A program made the position numbers and the translations under genes. Positions 32,738 to 41,577 of a stretch of 64,000 bases of DNA are shown one piece after another. The notes under the pieces are model-generated. The model saw only the letters and a list, made by a program, of their open reading frames with translations, ran no database searches and was not told the DNA's origin. Within the stretch, counting starts at the first letter, position 1, and the number at the start of each line of letters is the position of its first letter. The stretch lies in the IMG/VR virus record IMGVR_UViG_3300046694_000296, positions 1 through 64,000 of that record, one strand, 5' to 3'.

Positions 32738-34168
32738 ATGACTTCGATGACATCCTGCCAGGCATTCAAGGCGATCGAGAAAATCGCCGCGACGTCCCGC
32801 AAGAAAGACAAGGAGGCGATGGTCAAGCAGTTCCTCGCCTTCGACACGTTCAAGCGCGCGATCATCGCCGCGCTCGACCCGCTCGTGACCTACGGCATGC
32901 AGCAGGTGCCGGATCGCATCGACGGCGCAGCACCGGGCGCCAACACGTTCGAGAACGCGCCGATCTGGGAGACGCTCGACAAGCTGGCAAAGCGCACGCT
33001 CACCGGCAACGAAGCGCGCGACGAGGTGCAGCGCCTGATGACCTTCCTCACGCCCGAGTCGGCCGAGCTCTTCAAGCGCATCATCCGCAAGGACTTGCGT
33101 GCGGGCTTTTCCGAATCGACCGTCAATAAGGCATGGAAGGGCCTCATCCGCGAGTTCCCCTACATGCGCTGCGCGCTGCTCAAGGATGCGAAGCTCGACA
33201 CCTGGACGTGGGCCGAGGGCGTCATCTCGCAGGAGAAGGCCGACGGCATGTTCATGAATATCGACCACGAGGAGGGCGGTGTGGTCCGCATGACTAGCCG
33301 GCAGGGCACGCCATTCGATGTCGATGCGTTCGGCGAGTTTGCGGATCGCGTGCGTGCGCTGCTCACGCCGGGCACGCAGACGCATGGCGAGATGGTCGTG
33401 TTCGTCAATGGCAAGCTCGCTGCGCGTGAAATCGGCAACGGCATTCTGAACCGCGTAGCCGCGGGCGGCGCGTTCGGCCCGGACGAATCCCCGCTGTTCT
33501 ACGCATGGGATCAAATCCCGCTGGCTGCGGTCGCGCCGAAGGGCAAATACGAAGTCGGTTATCGCGATCGGCTGGTCGCGATGGCGGCGGGCCTGAAGAA
33601 AGGTGTGCCCACGCTCCAGCTCGGTCAGGCGATGATGATTCAGGTGATCCCGACGAAGCTGGTCAAATCGCTGGAAGAGGCGATGGTTCACTACCGCGAG
33701 CTGCTGGCGAAGGGCAAGGAAGGCACCATCATCAAGAACGGGGCCGCGATCTGGCGCGACGGCACGAGCAAGGAGCAGATCAAGCTCAAGCTCGAAGTGG
33801 ACGTCGATCTGGTCATCACGGGCATCGCACCGGGACGCGTGGGGACGAAAAACGAAGGCCGCGCCGGCGCGTTCAACTGCTCGAGCTCGGACGGCCAGCT
33901 GCGCGTCGATGTGACGGTCAAGAACGAGGATCTCCGGACCGCGGTTGACGCGAACGGCGATGACTTCATCGGTCGCATCATCGCAGTGCGGGCGAACGCG
34001 GTGATGAAGCCGAGCGAGAGCAGCGAGTTTCATTCGCTCTTCCTGCCGCGCATGGTCGAGGCGAGCTACCGGACGGACAAGAGCGAAGCCGACAGCCTCG
34101 AGTCGATCCTCGCACAGTTCGACGCCGCGGTCGGCGCGTCGCCGGCGAAGGTTGCGGAGGCCGCCTGA
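32738..34168 (+). CDS. ATP-dependent DNA ligase
   Basis: Motif I EKADG, 'HGEM', 'FYAWD', 'EGTIIK', 'KLK', 'LFLPR'. Confidence 0.93.
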   Translation: MTSMTSCQAFKAIEKIAATSRKKDKEAMVKQFLAFDTFKRAIIAALDPLVTYGMQQVPDRIDGAAPGANTFENAPIWETLDKLAKRTLTGNEARDEVQRLMTFLTPESAELFKRIIRKDLRAGFSESTVNKAWKGLIREFPYMRCALLKDAKLDTWTWAEGVISQEKADGMFMNIDHEEGGVVRMTSRQGTPFDVDAFGEFADRVRALLTPGTQTHGEMVVFVNGKLAAREIGNGILNRVAAGGAFGPDESPLFYAWDQIPLAAVAPKGKYEVGYRDRLVAMAAGLKKGVPTLQLGQAMMIQVIPTKLVKSLEEAMVHYRELLAKGKEGTIIKNGAAIWRDGTSKEQIKLKLEVDVDLVITGIAPGRVGTKNEGRAGAFNCSSSDGQLRVDVTVKNEDLRTAVDANGDDFIGRIIAVRANAVMKPSESSEFHSLFLPRMVEASYRTDKSEADSLESILAQFDAAVGASPAKVAEAA

Positions 34169-34169
34169 G

Positions 34170-34385
34170 ATGGAACAGCTGACTCTCCCTGCGATCCTCG
34201 CAGCGTCGCCGGCGCCCTGGACCTCGCAGGTGAACTTCGACGGCATCGGCGGCTGCCGCATGATTGATGCGAAGGGTGCCGAAGTGCCGCTGCTGTCTAT
34301 AATCGCGTTCGCGGGCATTCTCACCGCGACCATCGCCATGCAGAAGGCTTCACAACAGCCCGCGCAGGCACAACAGCCCGCATAA
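34170..34385 (+). CDS. Small hypothetical protein
   Basis: GGAGG RBS; follows ligase. Confidence 0.55.
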   Translation: MEQLTLPAILAASPAPWTSQVNFDGIGGCRMIDAKGAEVPLLSIIAFAGILTATIAMQKASQQPAQAQQPA

Positions 34386-34404
34386 CACAGCGCGTTGCAC
34401 CACA

Positions 34405-34431
34405 GAAAGCCCGGCCAAGAGCCGGGCTTTC
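34405..34431 (+). terminator. Hairpin terminator (possibly bidirectional)
   Basis: GAAAGCCCGGC-CAAGA-GCCGGGCTTTC. Confidence 0.65.
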
Positions 34432-34490
34432 GCCGTTGCGGAACGTCGAAGCGGGGCCGTATCATGTGCGCAATTCAGGAGAAAGGGCAC

Positions 34491-34889
34491 ATGACCTACA
34501 AGACCTTCACGCTCGGCGACCTACGCACGCTGCTCGCGCCGCTACCGACCACCCGCAAGCAAGCAGTTCTCTACACGCTCGACACGCGCGGCACGCTCGA
34601 CTACACGACCGTCCTCGGCTGGAAGGAGGCGCTGCGCACGCCCGCGAGCGAGTTCGCGAAGGACATCATTCGCGCACAGCCGCGCCACCTGCGCCTGGAC
34701 TACGTGTTCTGGGAGTATCACGAGACGGGCCAGGCCGCGCCGCTTTTCGGGCTCGAGGATAGCCTGCGGGAAGTGACGATGGGACGGAGCTTTGGCGAGC
34801 TGCAGGAGCTCTACGACCGAATGATCTGGATCGACAGCAGGGTGGAAGCGGAGCACTTCGTGCACACGCTGCTCAAGGAGCTGAATTAG
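34491..34889 (+). CDS. Hypothetical phage protein
   Basis: Purine-rich RBS; coherent codon usage. Confidence 0.6.
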   Translation: MTYKTFTLGDLRTLLAPLPTTRKQAVLYTLDTRGTLDYTTVLGWKEALRTPASEFAKDIIRAQPRHLRLDYVFWEYHETGQAAPLFGLEDSLREVTMGRSFGELQELYDRMIWIDSRVEAEHFVHTLLKELN

Positions 34890-35158
34890 AGATTGCGCCG
34901 GCGTGCGTGCAGGACGTTCAAGATGTCGATCCGCTTTAGCATGATGCGGTAGACGACGATGTAGTTCGGCAGAACGACCATCTCTCGCGTGTTCGGCCTG
35001 CGGCCCTCGCGATAGACATAGGGGTGATCGGGAAGTGTGGCGGCCGCAGCAAGGATCGTCTCTTGCACGAAATCTGCGGCGTCGATGCTGTCTTTGCTTA
35101 TGTGTTCGTGGATTTCGTCGAGTCGGCGTTCAGCACGCGGGGTCCAGTTAACCACCAC
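34886..35158 (-). CDS. RelE/ParE-family toxin
   Basis: 'WTPRAERRLDEI..I...A.......L...P..YREGR..TRE.V...NYIVVYR....I.ILNVLHARR'; GTG start overlapping the antitoxin end. Confidence 0.88.
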   Translation of the reverse strand: MVVNWTPRAERRLDEIHEHISKDSIDAADFVQETILAAAATLPDHPYVYREGRRPNTREMVVLPNYIVVYRIMLKRIDILNVLHARRRNL

Positions 35159-35345
35159 GCGCTTTTCTCCGCTCTGCGGCACGCGCGCGCAGGTTCGCGA
35201 CAACCTGATCGTGCGGGATCAACTCGCCGCGATCAGCTTCAGCCAGGCCCGCTTCGACCTCTTCACGGAACCACTTGTCGTAGGCTTCAGCCTCTTCCTT
35301 CGTGTCATGCCCGCTGACGGCGGGTTCGGTCCAGATATTTCCCAT
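35148..35345 (-). CDS. Cognate antitoxin
   Basis: 'AYDKWFREEVEAGLAEAD.G.LIPHDQV' antitoxin motif, upstream of and overlapping the toxin. Confidence 0.85.
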   Translation of the reverse strand: MGNIWTEPAVSGHDTKEEAEAYDKWFREEVEAGLAEADRGELIPHDQVVANLRARAAERRKARGG

Positions 35346-35566
35346 GAGTCACCTCATTCAGATGCCTTCATGATAGCGCGTGCAGCTTGGCACGTCACCG
35401 CGTCGTCTGCGGCGTGAACCCCTACCTGGTCGTGTTTGTTGATCATCGTTCTTCCTATGTCGTATTGATCAGGAGAAACGTGCTCGCGCTTGACGAAGCC
35501 ACGATAGAATAAAGCGCACCCACCGTCGCGGCCACGTGAGCCGTATGTTCAGCAAAGGCAGATGAC

Positions 35567-36115
35567 ATGAGCGTTGAGGAAGCAAAAAAGAGAGCGCTGG
35601 CAATCGTTCGGGAAAAGGGGCTGGACGTCGCCCTGATAACCGCGTTCCTTGAGACGCGGCATTACGCATCGTGGAGCAAACGGGACGATTTCGCCAAATA
35701 CAATATTGGCCTGTCGAACATATCTGGCGGACCGATGCCCGTGACGGTCGGATTCGCGAGCGGGAACGGCAACTCTGTGACAGCACAGCTGGACGGCATC
35801 GTGTTCACGCTGCGGGGCGTGTGGTATCTGCCTATGTCGTTTGATAGCAGTATCGCGACCGACATCTATGAAGGCGTCGAACTGTTGCTCGGTAACGATG
35901 TCGTGCTTGCTGGGGTGTATCAGGCGCGTGACCACGACGCGTGCATCCCGGCTCAATTTTCGCTGGTCAGCGTTGAGGGTTACCACTCAAGTCCGACGGC
36001 GGAACAGCTGCTCACGAAAATTTCAGATTTGATCAAGGCACACAAAGCGAAGCAAGCGGCCGAGCGCCAGGCCGCGGAAACGGAAAAGTATCGTGGCAAG
36101 TTCTCCTTTGACTAG
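35567..36115 (+). CDS. Accessory hypothetical protein
   Basis: 182-aa ORF with lower GC; no recognised motif. Confidence 0.6.
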   Translation: MSVEEAKKRALAIVREKGLDVALITAFLETRHYASWSKRDDFAKYNIGLSNISGGPMPVTVGFASGNGNSVTAQLDGIVFTLRGVWYLPMSFDSSIATDIYEGVELLLGNDVVLAGVYQARDHDACIPAQFSLVSVEGYHSSPTAEQLLTKISDLIKAHKAKQAAERQAAETEKYRGKFSFD

Positions 36116-36154
36116 GAGTTCCTCTGCGGTTTTCTTTTCACGCCTGCACAGGCT

Positions 36155-36182
36155 AGTTGACATAATACAAATTATCACCGTT
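36155..36182 (-). other. dif-like XerC/XerD recombination site
   Basis: Minus strand AACGGTGATAA-TTTGTA-TTATGTCAACT: 11-6-11 layout, ATAA/TTAT inner dyad, XerD arm 9/11 to TTATGTTAAAT. Confidence 0.75.
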
Positions 36183-36241
36183 TTGGGGCCAGATCATTTT
36201 TTGTCGTCCATGAGCTGGACAAGGCCGGGGAAGCATTAGCG

Positions 36242-36904
36242 TTATTTTTGCTTGTCCGGTTTCAGTTTTATGCCTTGCAGTATGCACATAGCCTCCCTAA
36301 GGTCGTCACCTTCTCGTTTCGGCCGCGCTGCTCGCGCTGCTCGCGCTTCTGGGGTGCACACATCCGCCGAGGTCAGCTTTGTCGCTGAGGCGGGAGCGGG
36401 TGCGCTTGCTGGTGCGATTGGGGGTGCGCTTGCAGTTGCGGGTGCGGTTGCAGTTGTGGGTGCGGGTGCGGGTGCGGGTGGAGAACCTACAGCCTTGGGT
36501 GGTGGACCGGGAGACGGCTCAGCCGGCAGCAACCTATCTAACATCGCCATATACAACTCGGCCTTCTTATCCTTGTCGATGTTGTCTCTCGACATCATCT
36601 GGCAAAAGAGATAGAGCAGTCGATACTTTACATTCGCCTGCTCCGATGTCGGCACGTCGGCGAGATTTTGCGTCACCTGACTCATGTTCCTCTCAACGTT
36701 CCCGCCGATGTCTACAATCTTGTATAACGTTTTTGCTCCGGCGCGAGCCTTTTCCTCGGACCTCTGTGTGAGTTGGATGCGCGGGTCGAGTGGAGAGCAA
36801 TCGTAGACGGGATCGTCGGCCAGCGCTTCGGTAGGACAAGCGACGGCGAAAACCGAAAACGCCGCAGCCGCGATGGAACGTTCCGTGTTCTTCAAATGAC
36901 GCAT
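36242..36904 (-). CDS. Exported accessory protein with Pro/Ala-rich linker
   Basis: Signal-peptide-like N-terminus (ALA|DD), paired Cys, PAPAPA linker. Confidence 0.6.
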   Translation of the reverse strand: MRHLKNTERSIAAAAFSVFAVACPTEALADDPVYDCSPLDPRIQLTQRSEEKARAGAKTLYKIVDIGGNVERNMSQVTQNLADVPTSEQANVKYRLLYLFCQMMSRDNIDKDKKAELYMAMLDRLLPAEPSPGPPPKAVGSPPAPAPAPTTATAPATASAPPIAPASAPAPASATKLTSADVCTPEARAARAARPKREGDDLREAMCILQGIKLKPDKQK

Positions 36905-36951
36905 GATGTTTGCCCCTGCTAACTGGCATTGCCTGTCGGCAAAAAAAGACT

Positions 36952-37248
36952 TTACGCCACCCGGCACCACCATGATTGAGCGTAGGCAGTTCCGTCCACA
37001 AACTCAATGCCAGTCAGCACAAACCCGAGCGGACCCATCCATGACAGCGCTGCGTCGTGCAGCGGCGGGAGCGGCTGCGGATCAGCTGCGCCGCCGGTCT
37101 GAAAGCGCGCGATGTTGGTGTAGCGGTTCAGCGCCGAGGACTTTTCCTGGCCGACCACCATGTCGCCCCGAACACCGGGCGCTCGCTGGACGTCGGCGTG
37201 ATCTTGCGCCTTGCCGCGCACGCGCATGGGTGTAGCTTGAATCAGCAT
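36952..37248 (-). CDS. Conserved small proteobacterial prophage protein
   Basis: 'LPPLHDA.L..M...GFVLTGIE.VDG.AYAQSWWCR' motif. Confidence 0.7.
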   Translation of the reverse strand: MLIQATPMRVRGKAQDHADVQRAPGVRGDMVVGQEKSSALNRYTNIARFQTGGAADPQPLPPLHDAALSWMGPLGFVLTGIEFVDGTAYAQSWWCRVA

Positions 37249-37250
37249 AA

Positions 37251-37670
37251 TTACCAGATGCGTTGAATTGCTGTGACCAGCGTGGCCGCCGCGAAAATAA
37301 ACGCGTAAAAAGCAATCATGGCTTTGACGATGCCAAGTAAGTGCCGGGTCGCGCGGCCCGTTCGTCGTGCCAAAATTTCGACGCCAGGGTCGACGGCCTT
37401 CTCCTCGGTTGTCTTCTGCTCAATTTTTGCGAGAGTTCCGTCAATGAGAGTCTGCTGCGGCTCGCTGACCTCCCGTCTTAACTCTTTCAGCTCGGCTACC
37501 AACTCGTTCATGTCCTTCTGAATTCTCGCTGCTTTCTCGTCTCGGAGCTTCTCAATCTCCAGCAGCCCTTTTTTGATCGTTATTGCACTAGAGAGGATTG
37601 TCGCAATTCCGACCAATGGGACGACGATTGCCGCTAGCACTTTAAGGACGTCGATCAAGCTATCGGGCAT
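37251..37670 (-). CDS. Two-TM coiled-coil membrane protein
   Basis: N- and C-terminal hydrophobic helices flanking a charged coiled coil; lower GC. Confidence 0.65.
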   Translation of the reverse strand: MPDSLIDVLKVLAAIVVPLVGIATILSSAITIKKGLLEIEKLRDEKAARIQKDMNELVAELKELRREVSEPQQTLIDGTLAKIEQKTTEEKAVDPGVEILARRTGRATRHLLGIVKAMIAFYAFIFAAATLVTAIQRIW

Positions 37671-37679
37671 GGTAACAAC

Positions 37680-37895
37680 TCAAAAATTCGATTCCAGCCA
37701 TGCCCTCGCCCACGCGATCCCGCGCTCGAAGGCCGCGGCCTCGGTGTCGAAGTAGCCGATGTCGGTGAAGTGGAAAATGTGCCCCATGTCGTCCTCGCCC
37801 AACGAGCCTCGCTCGACCTCGACCCACGCGTGCCAGTGATGGCCCTTCTTTTGGGGAACCGAGTGGATCGTCCACTCGTGATGCTCGACCTTCAT
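37680..37895 (-). CDS. Small hypothetical protein (Burkholderiales-type)
   Basis: GGAG RBS; 'GYFDTEAAAFERGIAWARAWL' motif. Confidence 0.7.
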   Translation of the reverse strand: MKVEHHEWTIHSVPQKKGHHWHAWVEVERGSLGEDDMGHIFHFTDIGYFDTEAAAFERGIAWARAWLESNF

Positions 37896-37927
37896 TGAAA
37901 ACTCTCCACAGGCTTACCCACCGTTTC

Positions 37928-37936
37928 TGTGGATAA
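37928..37936 (-). promoter_or_regulatory. DnaA box
   Basis: TGTGGATAA = reverse complement of TTATCCACA, just downstream of rep. Confidence 0.55.
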
Positions 37937-37968
37937 GTCGATACGTTCGGGCCTGACAGTTAGTTGCA

Positions 37969-38712
37969 TCAAAGCGGCAGCGTGCCTTGGGGATTGCGCC
38001 GGAATTCGAACCGAATGTCCGTCACCTTGCGCCCCTCCTTAATCGGCGACCACGTAATGTCCCATCCGTCTTTCTCCTGCAACTCCTTCACGGCGACCTC
38101 GATGATCTGCTTGCGAGCGTCCTTGAAGTTCTGCAGATGGCTCGGCTTCGCGTCCATCGCGTGCAGGAAGTCCTTGATGGGCATCTGACGCCAGCCGGTG
38201 TCTTTGAACTGCATGAGGAGCTCGAGCAGCCGCCACGAGTAGATCGAGCGAAGCTCCGACGCCTGGCGCAAGAGATAGGTCGTGTGGTTGCCTCGCAGCA
38301 CCATCAGATACGGCGTCGCTTCCGGCGAGAAGCGCAGCTCCACCCACCCTGCCCTGTCCACGTAAGTCGCCCCGCTCACCCACCGATCCTTGTGGGCCGC
38401 GATCGCACCGCGCTGCACCGGCTCGGTCCAGGTGATCCATCGCTCCGCGAGCCCCTCGACGCCGGACTTCAGTTGCTCGTAGGCGGTCGTGGGATCGAGA
38501 TTGAATGTCTCGGCGTATTCCTTCGCTGTCAGTCGCACCTTGTAGCGGTTGTGACTGTCAAGGCGCACACTGTCGATCTTCGCGGCGCACGACTTGACGA
38601 TGCGCTGCTCGGCAAGCGTCTTGAGCCCATGCGAGGCGACCAGGAGGTCGTTGTGCATGGAGACGTGTCGATCAACGAGACTCAGCCCAGGAGTGGCGTG
38701 CTTGAGCTTCAT
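37969..38712 (-). CDS. Plasmid replication initiator (Rep_3/RepB family)
   Basis: 'NDLL.AS..L.L.EQR', 'W V....Y....G.V.L.FS....PYL', 'L.S.YS.RL.ELL.QF', 'GRKV....F.F'. Confidence 0.92.
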   Translation of the reverse strand: MKLKHATPGLSLVDRHVSMHNDLLVASHGLKTLAEQRIVKSCAAKIDSVRLDSHNRYKVRLTAKEYAETFNLDPTTAYEQLKSGVEGLAERWITWTEPVQRGAIAAHKDRWVSGATYVDRAGWVELRFSPEATPYLMVLRGNHTTYLLRQASELRSIYSWRLLELLMQFKDTGWRQMPIKDFLHAMDAKPSHLQNFKDARKQIIEVAVKELQEKDGWDITWSPIKEGRKVTDIRFEFRRNPQGTLPL

Positions 38713-39137
38713 TGGGAGGAATTCCGGTTTCGCGGGAGCGGCTTATTGGGAGTGATCGGATTTTGCACCCCCTTTTCTCCTTTGTCACTGGGAGGATTTC
38801 CGATTCAATGGGAGGAAAACCGGGTTACTGGGAGGATTTCCGGGTCCGGGAGCCTGTGCATAACCCTACTTCGACCGGCTTTTCTCCCAATGCGTGACCG
38901 GTCGCCCTCCTACTTTGACCGGTCGCCCACCCATTTAACCCGGAATCTCTCCCATTACCTGCCTGCAAACCCATGCTGGGTAAGGCTTTGAGCCGTATAC
39001 AAACGTTTAAGAACGTATACAAACCACGCGCGAGTAGGCTGTGAACAACTTCTCGCATCTCTTTGATTACCCGGGATTCCTCCCAATCCAAATATCCCGG
39101 GAATCCTCCCAATTCGCGTAACCCGGAAATTCTCCCA
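38713..39137. repeat. Iteron array / plasmid origin, consensus TGGGAGGAWTTCCGGG
   Basis: Plus copies at 38713, 38789, 38809, 38829; inverted copies at 38875, 38939, 39070, 39096, 39122; degenerate near 38747, 38898, 38919; DnaA-like boxes at 38855-38863 and 39040-39048. Confidence 0.88.
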
Positions 39138-39175
39138 ATAGGACAAGTCCTAAAAGGCAGTCTGCAAAGGGGTGG

Positions 39176-39547
39176 TCAGTCCATGCCCAGGCGCTTCTTC
39201 TCGCGCGCGACTTCCTTGGCTACCGCCTCGGCGATGAAGTCGTTCTTGGTCTTGCCGAGCGCGAAGCAGAGCAGGTTCAAATCCTCCTTCAGCGCTGGCG
39301 GGATGCGAACCGGCTGCTGCACCGGCGTCTCCTTCTTCGGCAGCGCCGCGCGGATGGCCTGCAGATCCACACCTTTACCCACGCGAACCGGCGCCCTCCT
39401 CTCTGCAACGACCACCGGCTCAGGTGCTTGGTCCTCTATCTCCCCCGCCTGAGCTGCGGGCGCCGGCTCATCAATGGCCGCCGTCTCTGCATTCAGGCTG
39501 TCGAGCCACGCTTTGCTTTTCGGTGCGCTCATCGGGTCTTTGCTCAT
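39176..39547 (-). CDS. Partition adaptor, ParG-like ribbon-helix-helix protein
   Basis: Disordered N-terminus plus 'QQPVRIPPALKEDL......GKTKNDFIAEAV' RHH; downstream of parA. Confidence 0.75.
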   Translation of the reverse strand: MSKDPMSAPKSKAWLDSLNAETAAIDEPAPAAQAGEIEDQAPEPVVVAERRAPVRVGKGVDLQAIRAALPKKETPVQQPVRIPPALKEDLNLLCFALGKTKNDFIAEAVAKEVAREKKRLGMD

Positions 39548-40200
39548 GAAAACACTCCAAGGTAAAGGTCTTTCATTTCGTTGGCAGCGGCACTATCCCA
39601 ATCCCGGCCCGAGAGCTCGGACACCGCCCTCCCCTGCGCATTGGCGAACTTGTAGGTTTCACGCGTCGCGACCAGCTTCGTCAGGACCGGCAGCTTGTCC
39701 TCGAACGGCTCCAACTGTTTGATCATCGACTTGGTGAAGCGCTTGCGCGGATCGGCCTGATTGAGCACCACGCGAATGTCGATCTGGCGTTTGTAGCTGC
39801 CGACCAGTGCGTGTAGATCGGGCACCGTGTCGAGGTCCATCTGCGACGGGATCAGCGGCGCGAGCACCTTCTCAGCGACGGCCAGGCCGTAGCGGAAGCC
39901 GTCCGAGTCCTTGCCGCCGACGTCGATGAAAACGTCCTGATACTGATCGGTGAGACGATCGAGCACCTCGGCGAATTCCTGCTTCGTGATCGGCTTGCGC
40001 GGTTCCCACCGCTCGACATGGACCTGCGGAAGAGCCGGGTCGTTAGCGCGGCGTGCCGCCCACTTCGCGGTGCTGTTTTGTCCGTCGAGGTCGAATACGG
40101 CAACCGTGCGCTTGAGCGATGCCCGGATCGCTGCCAAATTCTGGGTGAAGGTAGATTTGCCCACGCCTCCCTTCTCTGTTCCCACCATAATTACGGCCAT
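39544..40200 (-). CDS. parA: ParA partition ATPase (type Ib)
   Basis: Deviant Walker A KGGVGKST, 'DLDGQ', 'FIDVGG'; no N-terminal HTH. Confidence 0.92.
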   Translation of the reverse strand: MAVIMVGTEKGGVGKSTFTQNLAAIRASLKRTVAVFDLDGQNSTAKWAARRANDPALPQVHVERWEPRKPITKQEFAEVLDRLTDQYQDVFIDVGGKDSDGFRYGLAVAEKVLAPLIPSQMDLDTVPDLHALVGSYKRQIDIRVVLNQADPRKRFTKSMIKQLEPFEDKLPVLTKLVATRETYKFANAQGRAVSELSGRDWDSAAANEMKDLYLGVFS

Positions 40201-40310
40201 AGAAGCCTCGATTGAATGTGTGAATTGTGCGTAGAGTAAAGGCTTGCGCCCCACACTTCAAGTAGATTATGAGCATTTGGAACTACGTCGGAGCAATGCA
40301 AGCCACTATT

Positions 40311-40366
40311 CAACCGAGGTATCAAGGTATGTTGGTATCAAGATACCAACCGAGGTATCAAAATAC
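40311..40366. promoter_or_regulatory. Candidate centromere (parS)/par operator
   Basis: CAACCGAGGTATCAA at 40311 and 40347, palindrome GTTGGTATC-AA-GATACCAAC at 40331-40350, repeated GGTAT; upstream of parA. Confidence 0.65.
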
Positions 40367-40615
40367 CGCCGGACGGAGAAACGCCGTTGTAGCCGAAGCA
40401 AGGTAGATCGGTCTGAGGCGAGGCAACGCGCAACTAAGTTTGTTTGGTCAGTAGGTCGGTCTGCCGAGAGCGAGCGTGAGACGATTCTCTCTATTGTGCG
40501 AGCGCGCACACAAGCCCCAACGCTACAGAGAGATCAATCGATGGCCCTAAGAAGCTGGCAAGGTGAGAGTAAAGCTTGATCGGCAGAACGCGATCAAAGA
40601 AGGGACCAGCCAAAC

Positions 40616-40641
40616 AAAAAACCCACGTCTGAGCGTGGGTT
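40616..40641 (-). terminator. Terminator of XRE regulator gene
   Basis: AACCCACG-TCTGAG-CGTGGGTT with A-run on its left (U-tract on minus strand). Confidence 0.75.
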
Positions 40642-40675
40642 CATATCCAACAAGTATGCGCCAATGGGTGCTCCC

Positions 40676-41095
40676 TTATTTGTCTGTTCGCTTGTTGTAA
40701 TCCTTCAGAACATGGCGAATTGCTCCATTGAACTCAGGATCGTCAAAGTCCACGTCAGCACCTTTGAGCTCTTCCGAGACTATCCGCTGGAAGTCTTTCT
40801 GCGATTTCGTCACGAACTTGTCGCCGAGCACCTCGTCGATGACCTTCCATGCATCCGGCATGTATTCGTTCATCACGAGCTTCAGTAAGTGCGCCGGATC
40901 GACTCCCAACACGATCGCCATTGCTCGGACCTTGTTGATCGGCAGCTTGGTCTTGCCTTGCTTGAACAGCGTGATGACGTTGCGGTTCGGATATTCGAGC
41001 GCATCGCATATCTCAGCCTGCGTCTTGCCGCTCAAGTCGATCGCGCGAGTGATGTATTCCGCCACCGAGAGTGGCTGCTGTTTCTTCGTGGTCAT
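40676..41095 (-). CDS. XRE-family HTH regulator (putative repressor)
   Basis: 'GKTQAEICDALEY.NRNVITLFKQGKTKLP...V..MA..LGVDP' HTH; divergent from lytic genes. Confidence 0.82.
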   Translation of the reverse strand: MTTKKQQPLSVAEYITRAIDLSGKTQAEICDALEYPNRNVITLFKQGKTKLPINKVRAMAIVLGVDPAHLLKLVMNEYMPDAWKVIDEVLGDKFVTKSQKDFQRIVSEELKGADVDFDDPEFNGAIRHVLKDYNKRTDK

Positions 41096-41111
41096 GTTTC
41101 CCCCAGATTGT

Positions 41112-41297
41112 TAGTAATTAGTGACATACAGATTGTGAGAACAAATTGGTAACCGCTAACTTTCCCTCATGTGTTTGATTATAGAACGCAAAATTGGTTG
41201 CCGAGAAAAAAACACTGCCGATGCTGATGGCGATGCTGTTTGCTGAAGTTGCATCGTGTTCGGTCGCGCACACTACAATATAAGTTAGACGTTACAT
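41112..41297. promoter_or_regulatory. Divergent control region with three copies of the palindromic box
   Basis: Boxes at 41112-41127, 41147-41162, 41282-41297; AT-rich; TACAAT at 41274-41279. Confidence 0.6.
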
Positions 41298-41337
41298 AAC
41301 AAGTGACGTAATTCTAACCCTACCGAGGAGTTGCCTG

Positions 41338-41577
41338 ATGTTGCAGAATTTCACCATCGTGTCCCTGAGCCAAGACCAGGCGATCGTTCTGTTGGCCGAG
41401 ACGATCGAGGCCGGGAGCACGTTGGATGGGGGTTCGGTGCAAACGACCGTATGCCGTCATCCCGCGATTGGCGAGCTCATCCTGGTCCAGAACGCACTCG
41501 GGACGTCTGCCGTAGCACTCGACAAAGCCCAAATTCCTGCGTTAAGTGATTGGTTATCTCCTAGTCTGACCCATTGA
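41338..41577 (+). CDS. Small hypothetical protein
   Basis: GAGGAG RBS; first gene of rightward operon. Confidence 0.6.
   Translation: MLQNFTIVSLSQDQAIVLLAETIEAGSTLDGGSVQTTVCRHPAIGELILVQNALGTSAVALDKAQIPALSDWLSPSLTH

Noticed and set aside
36400-36482. GGTGCG-type tandem repeats
   Set aside because: They encode the Pro/Ala linker of the minus-strand exported protein; not an independent element
38713-39137. Repeat cluster as mini-CRISPR
   Set aside because: Repeats about 16 bp with 4-10-bp gaps in both orientations, next to a Rep_3 gene and DnaA boxes: iterons
40244-40579. 111-aa ORF over the par upstream region
   Set aside because: Overlaps the repeat/operator cluster, has atypical composition and no RBS; likely spurious
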